A DNA stretch of 20,000 nucleotides from the IMG/VR virus record IMGVR_UViG_3300018413_000001; one strand, written 5' to 3'. Below the pieces are notes generated by a model. That model did no database searches. It had not been told where the DNA came from and saw only the letters and a list, made by a program, of their open reading frames with translations. Of this stretch, positions 1 to 7,121 are shown one piece after another. Both the position numbers and the translations under genes were made by a program. This DNA comes from an uncultured virus (IMG/VR IMGVR_UViG_3300018413_000001). Its lineage: Duplodnaviria; Heunggongvirae; Uroviricota; Caudoviricetes. How positions within the stretch are numbered: position 1 is the first letter of the stretch; the number at the start of each line of letters is the position of its first letter.

Positions 1-27
1 CATATCTAATGAGCTTCCTGTTTTCAT
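1..27 (-). CDS. 5' end of a divergent leftward gene (MKTGSSLDM...), truncated by the window edge
   Basis: ATG at 27-25 on the minus strand, AGGAG at 43-39 upstream, and a leftward promoter at 106-78. Only 9 codons are visible. Confidence 0.45.
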
Positions 28-77
28 CTTGTTGGTTTCTCCTGTTTTATTGTTCTCTGCCTTGTGGCAACGAGCAC

Positions 78-106
78 AATATGGAGCATGGCCGTGAATT
101 AATCAA
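78..106 (-). promoter_or_regulatory. sigma70-like leftward promoter
   Basis: Minus strand reads TTGATT(106-101)-17 bp-CATATT(83-78). Confidence 0.5.
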
Positions 107-154
107 GGACTTATTTTACATTTTGATGGATTCTTTGCCCCTCCAATGATGATA

Positions 155-588
155 TGGCGGGTGGACAGGTGGACAGTTCAACCCGGCACCTGTCCACATG
201 GAGCCGATTTTTACCGTTTTCGGTCTCCGAGTCCCCCCATTTATTATATCATGTTCAACTCAGAGCACCCTACAATATGTCAAAACAAGCCAATTGATAT
301 TATATCACGGTCAAAAACGGTCAGCAGGTGCCGGGTGGACAGTAGTGAAAGATTTGCTGTCCACCCAACTGTCCACCCATCTTAATGTCATTAATGATAT
401 TATATCATATTCAATTCATTGATAATCAGTAATTTATGAAGAATGGATATTAGTTAAGATGTGTTAAGTGACAGGATGGACAGTACTTTTGGGTTAATTG
501 CAGTAACATGAGAGAAATATGAGAGAAGAAAAAAAGTACAAAGGGAGAGCGACTAGCGGAAAGTTGTGTCTGTCTGTCCATCCCGCCA
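155..588. repeat. Iteron-like direct and inverted GGACAG/CTGTCC repeats around AT-rich spacers; putative replication origin
   Basis: GGACAG at 163, 171, 337, 478 and CTGTCC at 190, 357, 369, 574. ACCCGGCACCTG (181-192) is the exact reverse complement of CAGGTGCCGGGT (325-336). TGATATTATATCA occurs at 295 and 394. No convincing CDS. Confidence 0.6.
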
Positions 589-799
589 CTTTTATACTGG
601 TTATAAGATTCTGGTTTGTAGTGATAATATATCAGGTTTTACGGGGGAGGGCTGGATTCTCGTTTTACGGCCCCACACGCCAGCACATTGGAGAAATCAC
701 GGGCGGAGAGCTGGAACGTTTGGAAGGGCGAATCTTGAGCAGTGGTGGCCGGGTCAAAGGAAAGCCGGTTGAACCGGATCAACGGGAGGCTGGTTGAAC

Positions 800-935
800 C
801 GTTTTACGGCATGCCCTGGATTCTCGTTTTACGGCATGCCCTGGATTCTCGTTTTACGGCAAGCCCTGGATTCTCGTTTTACGGCAAGCCCTGGATTCTC
901 GTTTTACGGCAAGCCCTGGATTCTCGTTTTACGGC
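800..935 (+). repeat. 25-bp tandem repeat, about 5.4 copies: GTTTTACGGCA(T/A)GCCCTGGATTCTC
   Basis: Units start at 801, 826, 851, 876 and 901, with a partial unit at 926-935. A detached degenerate copy lies at about 636-671. No spacers. Confidence 0.97.
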
Positions 936-965
936 TATAGTTGACAAATGTGATAGACTATCAGC

Positions 966-1538
966 ATGCTCACGAAAGAACGCTCTCGTATTGACAACCT
1001 CACATCCTCCCTTAGCCCGGAATCATGGGCCGCATTGAAGCTGGCTAGCATAGGCGGGACTTCCGACAGGGACTTGTCAGAGGTCTATGAAGTGACTGAA
1101 GATGCAATCCGAAAGAAGAGAAGCCGTGACAAGGTATGGGCCGTGTCGGTCGGATTGAGAAATCAGGCATTAGGTAAGGTTGGCTTAAAGTCAAAACACC
1201 TCAAAGAGCTGATCCCCGACACACAACGACACAAAGAGGCCGAGAATGCCGCTCTAGGGGCAATTGCAGCCACCTTCGCAGACGAATCTCAGGCAGCCCG
1301 CCTCCTTGCGCTACAGATTGGCACCAAGGGCCTCAAATCGAGTCTGGATAGTGAAGGTGGCCTAAAGCCCCATCTCGCGCCTATGGAGCCCGCACACGTC
1401 AAAGTCTACGCGGAGATCGCGGCCAAAGCAGGCCAGTGGGGCGGAGACAACCAGGTCACAATCAACTGTCAGGCCTACGCAGGGTCGGTGATTGCGCCTC
1501 TCAGTAATGAGAGTGAAGACAATATAGTGGATATTTGA
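966..1538 (+). CDS. Putative terminase small subunit (N-terminal HTH)
   Basis: 190 aa. HTH-like SDRDLSEVYEVTEDAIRKKRSRDKVW resembles TerS N-termini, followed by a helical middle and a C-terminal beta-like NQVTIN. Flanked by the repeat array and the pac-like tract. Confidence 0.55.
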   Translation: MLTKERSRIDNLTSSLSPESWAALKLASIGGTSDRDLSEVYEVTEDAIRKKRSRDKVWAVSVGLRNQALGKVGLKSKHLKELIPDTQRHKEAENAALGAIAATFADESQAARLLALQIGTKGLKSSLDSEGGLKPHLAPMEPAHVKVYAEIAAKAGQWGGDNQVTINCQAYAGSVIAPLSNESEDNIVDI

Positions 1539-1840
1539 TCCGGTAAAAAGTTAGATCATTGATAATGAATGAGTTAATCCTCATGATTACGGTTGTAGTA
1601 TGTATGTAATACTACATTAATGGAAGTTAGTATTCTGAATCCAATCGTTAGAACGAGTAGAGCCTAAGCATGGGAAGCCGGGCTGCATGTGGCTACCGAT
1701 CTACGGCAGGGGGTGCTGCTTTTCTGCGCAGGCTGAAGGACCACGGGGGGCATGGGGTCACCCTCGGAACCACGAGCGAAGTCCACGTCCCCCTGACCAG
1801 AATTTTTTCTCCCAAACCAGAGAACTATTATATCATTATC

Positions 1841-1870
1841 TTGACACTACGGTATTAACGTGTTAAGTAT
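1841..1870 (+). promoter_or_regulatory. sigma70-like promoter for the HNH gene
   Basis: TTGACA(1841-1846)-17 bp-TAAGTA(1864-1869); ATG at 1879. Confidence 0.55.
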
Positions 1871-1878
1871 CTCACACC

Positions 1879-2664
1879 ATGGCGCATCCACGATTCAACG
1901 ACCTCACCGGAAGACGGTTCAACCGCTGGCTCGTGATTGAGCAGGCACCGCCCGAGTTCACGGGAAAACCACCCCACCAGAAAAAGGTCGTGGGGCAGTC
2001 CCGGTGGAAGTGCAAATGCGACTGCGGCACCATCAAGGAAAGAGTTCTCTACGGCAGCCTCGTGAGAGGACACTCCCAGTCTTGTGGGTGCTTGCACTGG
2101 GAGCAGATGAGGAAGCCGGATGAAGACAAGAAGACGCTCCACCCATTGCACAAGACGTGGGTGAGCATGAAGACCCGGTGCTATAACTTGAACCATCCGT
2201 CATCGAAGCACTACGGGCAGAGGGGCATCATGGTGTGTGCTCGGTGGCTGGATAGTTTTGAAACCTTTGTCGAGGACATGGGGCCAAGGCCCACACCAGA
2301 CCACACACTTGAACGCAAGGACAACAACGGGCACTACACACCCGGCAATTGCACATGGGCCACACGGGACGCGCAAAACTCGAACAAACGGTCAAACGTC
2401 AAGCACCTGTGGAAGGGGGAAGTTCGCACGCTCACCCAGGTTGCCCGCATGGAAAACGTGGATTACACCGATCTGTACATGCGGACAAAGGGTGATCCGT
2501 CATCATTGGAGCTGGTTGTCAAAACACTCCAACAACAGGGCAGAACTTTCTTTGAGCGTGCCAAGGGCATGGGTGCCACAAGCAAGAACAAGACCAGCCA
2601 GAAGCGCACCCGCCGCATGATTGAAGGCAGGTTTGTCATCGACCCGCTGGCCGACGTGTGGTGA
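1879..2664 (+). CDS. HNH homing endonuclease-like protein with N-terminal Cys/Zn domain
   Basis: N-domain DLTGRRFNRWLVI...WKCKCDCG...SQSCGC, then catalytic region YGQRGIMVCARWLDSFETFVEDMG...HTLERKDNNGHYTPGNCTWAT..Q..N, typical of phage HNH endonucleases. Confidence 0.9.
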   Translation: MAHPRFNDLTGRRFNRWLVIEQAPPEFTGKPPHQKKVVGQSRWKCKCDCGTIKERVLYGSLVRGHSQSCGCLHWEQMRKPDEDKKTLHPLHKTWVSMKTRCYNLNHPSSKHYGQRGIMVCARWLDSFETFVEDMGPRPTPDHTLERKDNNGHYTPGNCTWATRDAQNSNKRSNVKHLWKGEVRTLTQVARMENVDYTDLYMRTKGDPSSLELVVKTLQQQGRTFFERAKGMGATSKNKTSQKRTRRMIEGRFVIDPLADVW

Positions 2665-2689
2665 TCCACACATCCGCTCAATTTTTACC

Positions 2690-2704
2690 CACACACACAC
2701 ACAC
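2690..2704 (+). repeat. (CA)7 microsatellite between the two HNH paralogs
   Basis: CACACACACACACAC ends 8 nt before the ATG at 2713. Confidence 0.85.
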
Positions 2705-2712
2705 GCATTGTC

Positions 2713-3237
2713 ATGGCCACCCCAATTAAAGACCTCACCGGAAAAACATTTAACCGCTGGTTTGTGATCGAACAGGCACCCAGCGACCCTGCACGTTCAC
2801 AAACCCTGTGGCGCTGCCGGTGCTCATGTGGCGTGGTCAAGGAAGCCGTTGCATATTGCAGCCTGACATCAGGCAGATCCGGCTCATGTGGGTGTGTCAA
2901 ACGCGAGCAGGGTGAAAGGCGCAGGGCCATGAAGGAATCTGCCAATCACCACAACAAGCACATGTGGTGGGGCAAACTGATGAAGCTCACGGAGATTGCC
3001 CGTCAGGAGAATGTGGATGCCATGGAGCTTCGGCGCAGGTATCTCTGCCAAGGCATTGCTCTTGATTGTGCTGTGATGGCGCTTAAGCACGAAGGCCGTG
3101 TATTCCACGAACGAGCAGCCAGCTATGGGGCAACAGGCGAGACAAGAACCGGGAAGAAACGCACGAGACATGTTGCCAATGGGAAACTGCTGCACCCCGT
3201 ATGTGAACCGCCCGACCCCCTTGCCGGCATCTGGTAA
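2713..3237 (+). CDS. HNH paralog lacking the catalytic core (Zn domain plus C-terminal domain)
   Basis: Shares DLTGKTFNRWFVIEQAP...WRCRCSCG...SCGC and KH.W.G...LT..AR.ENVD...GR.F.ERA...GAT...KRTR...DPLA..W with 1879..2664, but roughly 80 aa containing the HNH motif are absent. Confidence 0.8.
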   Translation: MATPIKDLTGKTFNRWFVIEQAPSDPARSQTLWRCRCSCGVVKEAVAYCSLTSGRSGSCGCVKREQGERRRAMKESANHHNKHMWWGKLMKLTEIARQENVDAMELRRRYLCQGIALDCAVMALKHEGRVFHERAASYGATGETRTGKKRTRHVANGKLLHPVCEPPDPLAGIW

Positions 3238-3266
3238 GACACATCACACTTTTTGTAACATCATCG

Positions 3267-3295
3267 TTGACATAACAGCACCAGCATTGTAAAAC
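3267..3295 (+). promoter_or_regulatory. sigma70-like promoter, probably giving a leaderless mRNA
   Basis: TTGACA(3267-3272)-17 bp-TAAAAC(3290-3295); ATG at 3302. Confidence 0.55.
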
Positions 3296-3301
3296 ACACC
3301 C

Positions 3302-3520
3302 ATGGACACACCAACAACACTGCCAACATCAGAGTTCACCCCCAGGTTCAAACGCGGCGACATCGTGCGCCTCAACAGCGGAGGGCCGCAGATGACGGTG
3401 GAGGACCCAGCCGGAGAAGAGGACGAAATGGCGGAGTGCACGTGGTTCACCGACGACGGCAGCACCGGGCCATTGTCGCATTGCTTCTTCGAGGAATGTC
3501 TCACTCTTGTCACACCATGA
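3302..3520 (+). CDS. YodC/DUF2158 family small protein
   Basis: Signature FKRGDIVRLNSGGPQMTVE...AECTWF...F.EECL. Confidence 0.85.
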   Translation: MDTPTTLPTSEFTPRFKRGDIVRLNSGGPQMTVEDPAGEEDEMAECTWFTDDGSTGPLSHCFFEECLTLVTP

Positions 3521-3744
3521 CCATCATTGTCACACTCTCGCTCATCTCATGGGCTGTTGTCATCACAGTTCTCACAATTGGTGTCAGCCAGAAAAATGAA
3601 GACTGCGCCATGGCTGGAGCAGTTCTTTTAATTGGGCTGGTTATCGTCCACTTCTCTTTTAGCGTCGGGGCGTTTTGGCAGCATAATGACACATTGGAGA
3701 AGTACAATCTTGTCAAGAAAACCCACCCGGCCACGCCACAATGA
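3517..3744 (+). CDS. Small membrane protein, two predicted TM helices (75 aa)
   Basis: ATGA overlaps at both ends; hydrophobic IIVTLSLISWAVVITVLTIGV and AMAGAVLLIGLVIVHFSFSVGAFW. Confidence 0.7.
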   Translation: MTIIVTLSLISWAVVITVLTIGVSQKNEDCAMAGAVLLIGLVIVHFSFSVGAFWQHNDTLEKYNLVKKTHPATPQ

Positions 3745-3971
3745 CCACAGACCCCCACGCCCCGGCGTTCCCTTCGTCCGCAACCACGGAGACATCACGC
3801 AGCAGCCTCGGCCTCTCTGTCCGGGAATACATCGCCACACGGGCCATGGAGAGGCTGCTGGCTGACACGGCGGTGGACTGGAAGCCGTCGTCACTGGCGA
3901 AATACTCCGTCAGCATTGCAGACGCGCTGATCGCGGAGCTGAACAAGCCTGTGGATGACAACACGTCATAA
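3741..3971 (+). CDS. Conserved phage hypothetical protein
   Basis: PAFP...GLSVREYIATRAM...ADALIAELNK matches the common phage pattern 'G.t.RdyfA..Am...AdA.l..l'. Confidence 0.75.
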   Translation: MTTDPHAPAFPSSATTETSRSSLGLSVREYIATRAMERLLADTAVDWKPSSLAKYSVSIADALIAELNKPVDDNTS

Positions 3972-3985
3972 TCACACTTTCTGTG

Positions 3986-4013
3986 TTGACAATACCGCAG
4001 CGCGTGGCACCAT
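3986..4013 (+). promoter_or_regulatory. Putative promoter
   Basis: TTGACA(3986-3991)-16 bp-CACCAT with TG just upstream. Preceded by ATCACACTTT (3971), which also precedes the 3267 promoter (3243). Confidence 0.4.
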
Positions 4014-4058
4014 GCCGCACCACGTCAGTTTGAAGAAACATAAAACGAAACAGAAACC

Positions 4059-4145
4059 ATGACACCATCAGCAGCCATCATTGTCTTTGTTGCGGTCTTC
4101 ACGATTGCACTGGCCATCTGCATCTATACAGACCCACTCCCATGA
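4059..4145 (+). CDS. 28-aa hydrophobic micropeptide, not in the ORF track
   Basis: MTPSAAIIVFVAVFTIALAICIYTDPLP*; A-rich leader; stop overlaps the next ATG (ATGA 4142-4145). Confidence 0.6.
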   Translation: MTPSAAIIVFVAVFTIALAICIYTDPLP

Positions 4146-4330
4146 CCACACTTCTCTCCACCATCGACAAGCTCTGCGCCTCGTTGCAGCAGGGTGACGT
4201 GGCTGTCGTCCTCACCCGCCCCGACCTTGCCACACTGACCAGCTTGGTCGAGAAGTCGTGGAGCACCAACGACGAGTTCAAGATCTTGGGGAACCTGAAG
4301 AAACTGATGGAGGCGAAGAACCCACTATGA
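4142..4330 (+). CDS. Hypothetical protein (62 aa)
   Basis: ATGA-coupled on both sides. Confidence 0.65.
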   Translation: MTTLLSTIDKLCASLQQGDVAVVLTRPDLATLTSLVEKSWSTNDEFKILGNLKKLMEAKNPL

Positions 4331-5016
4331 GCACCCAACAAGAACAGACCGCAGCAGATCCAACCCCAGCGGGCAAGATGAGCGACAAGGAGCTGGCTGA
4401 AAGCTACCAAAATACTACAGCAGCATCTCATGTAGGCCATTCAGTTTATAAATGGGACGAGCTTTCACAGGATCATCAAGAGGCTCGCATTCAAGGAATC
4501 CGCGCCGTGCGTGAGCAGGTGGGGGAGGAGCAAGCCGAGGAAATCGCCCGACTCACTGCGGAGCTTGAGGAGAAGAACAGACGATTCTCCACCTTGCAAG
4601 AAACCATGGTTTCTTATCGCGATGAAAGCCGCTCTCTCGCCGCCCAGCTCGCCGCCGTGACAGCCGAGCTTGAGCGGATGCAATGGAGGCCGGTTAGCGT
4701 GAAGCCGACGAGGGGGGATGCAGACGAAGGAGGATTTGTAACCGTTCTTCGTGCTGACAAGTTGACTGCCATTGTTCAATGGGATGCTAACGGTTTTAAT
4801 CCTGACTTCGATTGGAGGCAAATAAGCCAAGCGTTGCGTTACACAAAATGGCGTGCCGCCGCTTTACCACCATCACCCTCCGCTGAAGAGGTCGAGAGGG
4901 AGAGGTTTGAGAAGTGGTACCAAGACTACAAAGCGATTAAGTCGCCCAAAGGTCTAGCATTTGACGCATGGCAAGCCCGCGCATCGAAGGAAACAACCCC
5001 GCCTACCACCAAATGA
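4327..5016 (+). CDS. Mosaic phage accessory protein (coiled coil, Ead/Ea22-like segments)
   Basis: Start reassigned to ATG 4327 (ATGA overlap). EIARLTAELEE coiled coil, WRPVSVKP, and C-terminal RERFEKW...AFDAWQARA. Confidence 0.6.
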   Translation: MSTQQEQTAADPTPAGKMSDKELAESYQNTTAASHVGHSVYKWDELSQDHQEARIQGIRAVREQVGEEQAEEIARLTAELEEKNRRFSTLQETMVSYRDESRSLAAQLAAVTAELERMQWRPVSVKPTRGDADEGGFVTVLRADKLTAIVQWDANGFNPDFDWRQISQALRYTKWRAAALPPSPSAEEVERERFEKWYQDYKAIKSPKGLAFDAWQARASKETTPPTTK

Positions 5017-5513
5017 AAATCCTCTGTCTCCTCGCCAACACGTGGCATCCCGACCCCACGGCCCTCCACCAGCTCCTCTCACGTCAGCCCGACAGACGGC
5101 ACGAGGCCATCGCCCGGCACCTGTTCTACACCAAGAACCTCACCGGCTCACGCCTTCTGACCGTGTTCGGCCAGCACTTTAAAGCACACCACACCATCTT
5201 CGAGCACGCCTCGACGACCAGCCCGGCCATCGGTGACAGCGGAGGCCGTCCGGCCTACAACGTGGAGCATGTGCGCCAGGTCATCAACCGTCACCGGCCC
5301 GACGTGATCCTCGCCGTGGGCGTCGGCCCGCAGGATGCCATCAAGGACATGCGGGCAGCCAAGAAGGCATCCTCCCCGCTGCCGCCTGTCATCGACTGCA
5401 TTCAGCCATCGACCACCCGGCCAGGATGGTTGAAGCGGATGACGGCTGCACGGGACGAGCTTGACATGGTGCTGGTGGGCAGACGGTTCGCAGAAATGGG
5501 GGTGGGGTTGTGA
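5013..5513 (+). CDS. Hypothetical protein with uracil-DNA-glycosylase-superfamily-like motifs
   Basis: Start at ATG 5013 (ATGA overlap). ILCLLAN, TGSRL, INRHRPDVILAVG and CIQPS align by eye to the UDG-fold pattern (..P.vi..lG..; HPS). Confidence 0.45.
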   Translation: MKILCLLANTWHPDPTALHQLLSRQPDRRHEAIARHLFYTKNLTGSRLLTVFGQHFKAHHTIFEHASTTSPAIGDSGGRPAYNVEHVRQVINRHRPDVILAVGVGPQDAIKDMRAAKKASSPLPPVIDCIQPSTTRPGWLKRMTAARDELDMVLVGRRFAEMGVGL

Positions 5514-5713
5514 GTGCGGAAACACCAGAATTCATATATGTTCTGTCCCACGGCGAAGGACGGTATGAAGATTATTGTGAACATGTGATTGCAGCTTCAT
5601 TTAGGGAGGATGCTTTTACCCAGAAAATTGCTGATCACGATGCCGCCCAAGAAGGTCCACATTGGGAATGGGATTCTCACATGTTTGTCACCAAAACCCA
5701 GATTGAGCAATGA
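5510..5713 (+). CDS. Acidic hypothetical protein (67 aa)
   Basis: GTGA and ATGA coupling; IYVLSHGEGRYEDY is a typical phage small-protein start. Confidence 0.65.
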   Translation: MSAETPEFIYVLSHGEGRYEDYCEHVIAASFREDAFTQKIADHDAAQEGPHWEWDSHMFVTKTQIEQ

Positions 5714-6015
5714 CCTCTTCTTTCACACCACCCACAGACCCTCTCACCGCCATCGGGCCAGCCCTGTTCGCCACAGCCGTCATCTTTGTGATCTATGGAG
5801 CCCGGCAGCTCCACATCGGTCTCACCCAGACCCACGAGCAGCAGGTTCGCACGGAGGCCCAGCGGCTGATGCTGCGCTTCTGCAAGAACCCGACACAGAA
5901 GCGGTTCGAGGCGGCGTGGCGTTACATCGAGGAGAATGATGTCTGGGTCTCCGAGCTTGACCAGCCGCTGGTGCAGCGGTTCAACAACATGGTCGGCAGT
6001 GTGAACATCAAGTAA
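5710..6015 (+). CDS. Hypothetical protein with an N-terminal TM helix
   Basis: Hydrophobic AIGPALFATAVIFVIYGA; ATGA coupling. Confidence 0.65.
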   Translation: MTSSFTPPTDPLTAIGPALFATAVIFVIYGARQLHIGLTQTHEQQVRTEAQRLMLRFCKNPTQKRFEAAWRYIEENDVWVSELDQPLVQRFNNMVGSVNIK

Positions 6016-6023
6016 GCAGACAG

Positions 6024-6052
6024 TTGACAATATGTCAGCATAACATTAAGAC
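6024..6052 (+). promoter_or_regulatory. sigma70-like promoter with an overlapping palindrome
   Basis: TTGACA(6024-6029)-17 bp-TAAGAC(6047-6052); dyad TGACA-ATA-TGTCA; ATG at 6058. Confidence 0.55.
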
Positions 6053-6057
6053 ATATT

Positions 6058-6246
6058 ATGAACAACCCATCACCTGACGACGACAAGACACCGGGCCGGG
6101 ACGCGCTGGCCCTGGCGTTCTACGACCCCGCGTGGCATGAGATGTCACCGGAGGCCATGCACCGGATGCCCGACGAGTGGCAGGGCCGCATGGCCGCGCT
6201 GATCAACGAGTTCGCGCTCCACAACCAGGAAGAATCCCAACAATGA
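6058..6246 (+). CDS. Hypothetical protein (62 aa)
   Basis: Follows the promoter and is ATGA-coupled to the next gene. Confidence 0.65.
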   Translation: MNNPSPDDDKTPGRDALALAFYDPAWHEMSPEAMHRMPDEWQGRMAALINEFALHNQEESQQ

Positions 6247-6515
6247 AACAACGCAACCCAGTCCTCGACAAACAACCCGAGATGGTTCGGGAATACAACG
6301 TTCTGCTCAGCAGATCCGGTCTCTCGTACAAAGAACTCACAGATGCCCTTGGTGTGAGGTATGAATGCCTCCATAACAGAAAACGTGGCAAGCAAACCAT
6401 CACCACGGAAGCTCTGCTGGCCCTGCGCATGGTGGTGCTGGGCCGTGAGGCCGACCAGCTCGTGGCCAGGGCAAAGGCGCAGACCGGCGTTGATCCGTTG
6501 GAGGGGGTTTACTGA
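6243..6515 (+). CDS. Cro/XRE-like HTH DNA-binding protein (90 aa)
   Basis: Start at ATG 6243. LLSRSGLSYKELTDALGVRYECLHNRKRGKQTI fits the Cro/XRE HTH pattern. Ends in DPLEGVY. Confidence 0.75.
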   Translation: MKQRNPVLDKQPEMVREYNVLLSRSGLSYKELTDALGVRYECLHNRKRGKQTITTEALLALRMVVLGREADQLVARAKAQTGVDPLEGVY

Positions 6516-7049
6516 TTGAAGTCACAGCCCAATAGCAATTACATTAGCAACGATGTGGTGATGACTCCGCTGCACCTTGCCAAGCGGATTGTTGAGCATT
6601 TCAAGCCTTGCGGTAATGTGCTTGAACCGTGTGCAGGTGAAGGCAGTTTCATGAATGCTTTGCAAAAATATTCAGAAAACTACCAGCCCATTGGCATTGA
6701 CTGGTGCGAGGTATCCAAAGGCCGGGACTTTTTCAACTGGGGGGCCAAAGCCAACTGGATCATCACCAACCCGCCATGGAGTCAGATCCGGCAGTTCCTT
6801 CAGCACAGCATGGTATTGGCTGATGAGATTGTGTTCCTGATGACAGTGAACCACTGCTGGACAAAGGCCCGTGTGCGCGATGTAAAGCAGCACGGGTTCG
6901 GCATCAAAGAGATTTGCCTTGTGGAGTTTCCACCGGAGTTCCCGTCATCTGGGTTCCAGCTTGGGGCCATCCACTTTTCCCGAGACTGGAAAGGTGACAT
7001 CAAGTTTTCAGACATCTCACAACAAGACCCACTCGAAGGAGTTTGGTAA
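6516..7049 (+). CDS. Orphan DNA N6-adenine (amino) methyltransferase
   Basis: D.VMTP, then motif I VLEPCAGEGSF, GRDFF, and motif IV IITNPPW. TTG start directly after the upstream TGA. Ends in DPLEGVW. Confidence 0.85.
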   Translation: MKSQPNSNYISNDVVMTPLHLAKRIVEHFKPCGNVLEPCAGEGSFMNALQKYSENYQPIGIDWCEVSKGRDFFNWGAKANWIITNPPWSQIRQFLQHSMVLADEIVFLMTVNHCWTKARVRDVKQHGFGIKEICLVEFPPEFPSSGFQLGAIHFSRDWKGDIKFSDISQQDPLEGVW

Positions 7050-7121
7050 TCAGTCAAGGTGACTTTTTAACATACCCGTCTCCGCCCTTTACCTGCCCCG
7101 GCACTCGGGCACAATCACTGA

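Noticed and set aside
800..935. CRISPR array
   Set aside because: The units are contiguous with no unique spacers, and no cas genes are in the window.
146..1038. ORFs 146..385, 198..422, 519..797, 566..772 and 742..1038
   Set aside because: They overlap the iteron and tandem-repeat DNA. The 25-bp unit is not a multiple of 3, and there are no protein motifs or coupling.
6492..7049. DPLEGV repeat as a target-site duplication from insertion of the MTase
   Set aside because: The two 24-nt copies differ at most synonymous positions, and there are no inverted repeats or transposase. Conservation is at protein level.
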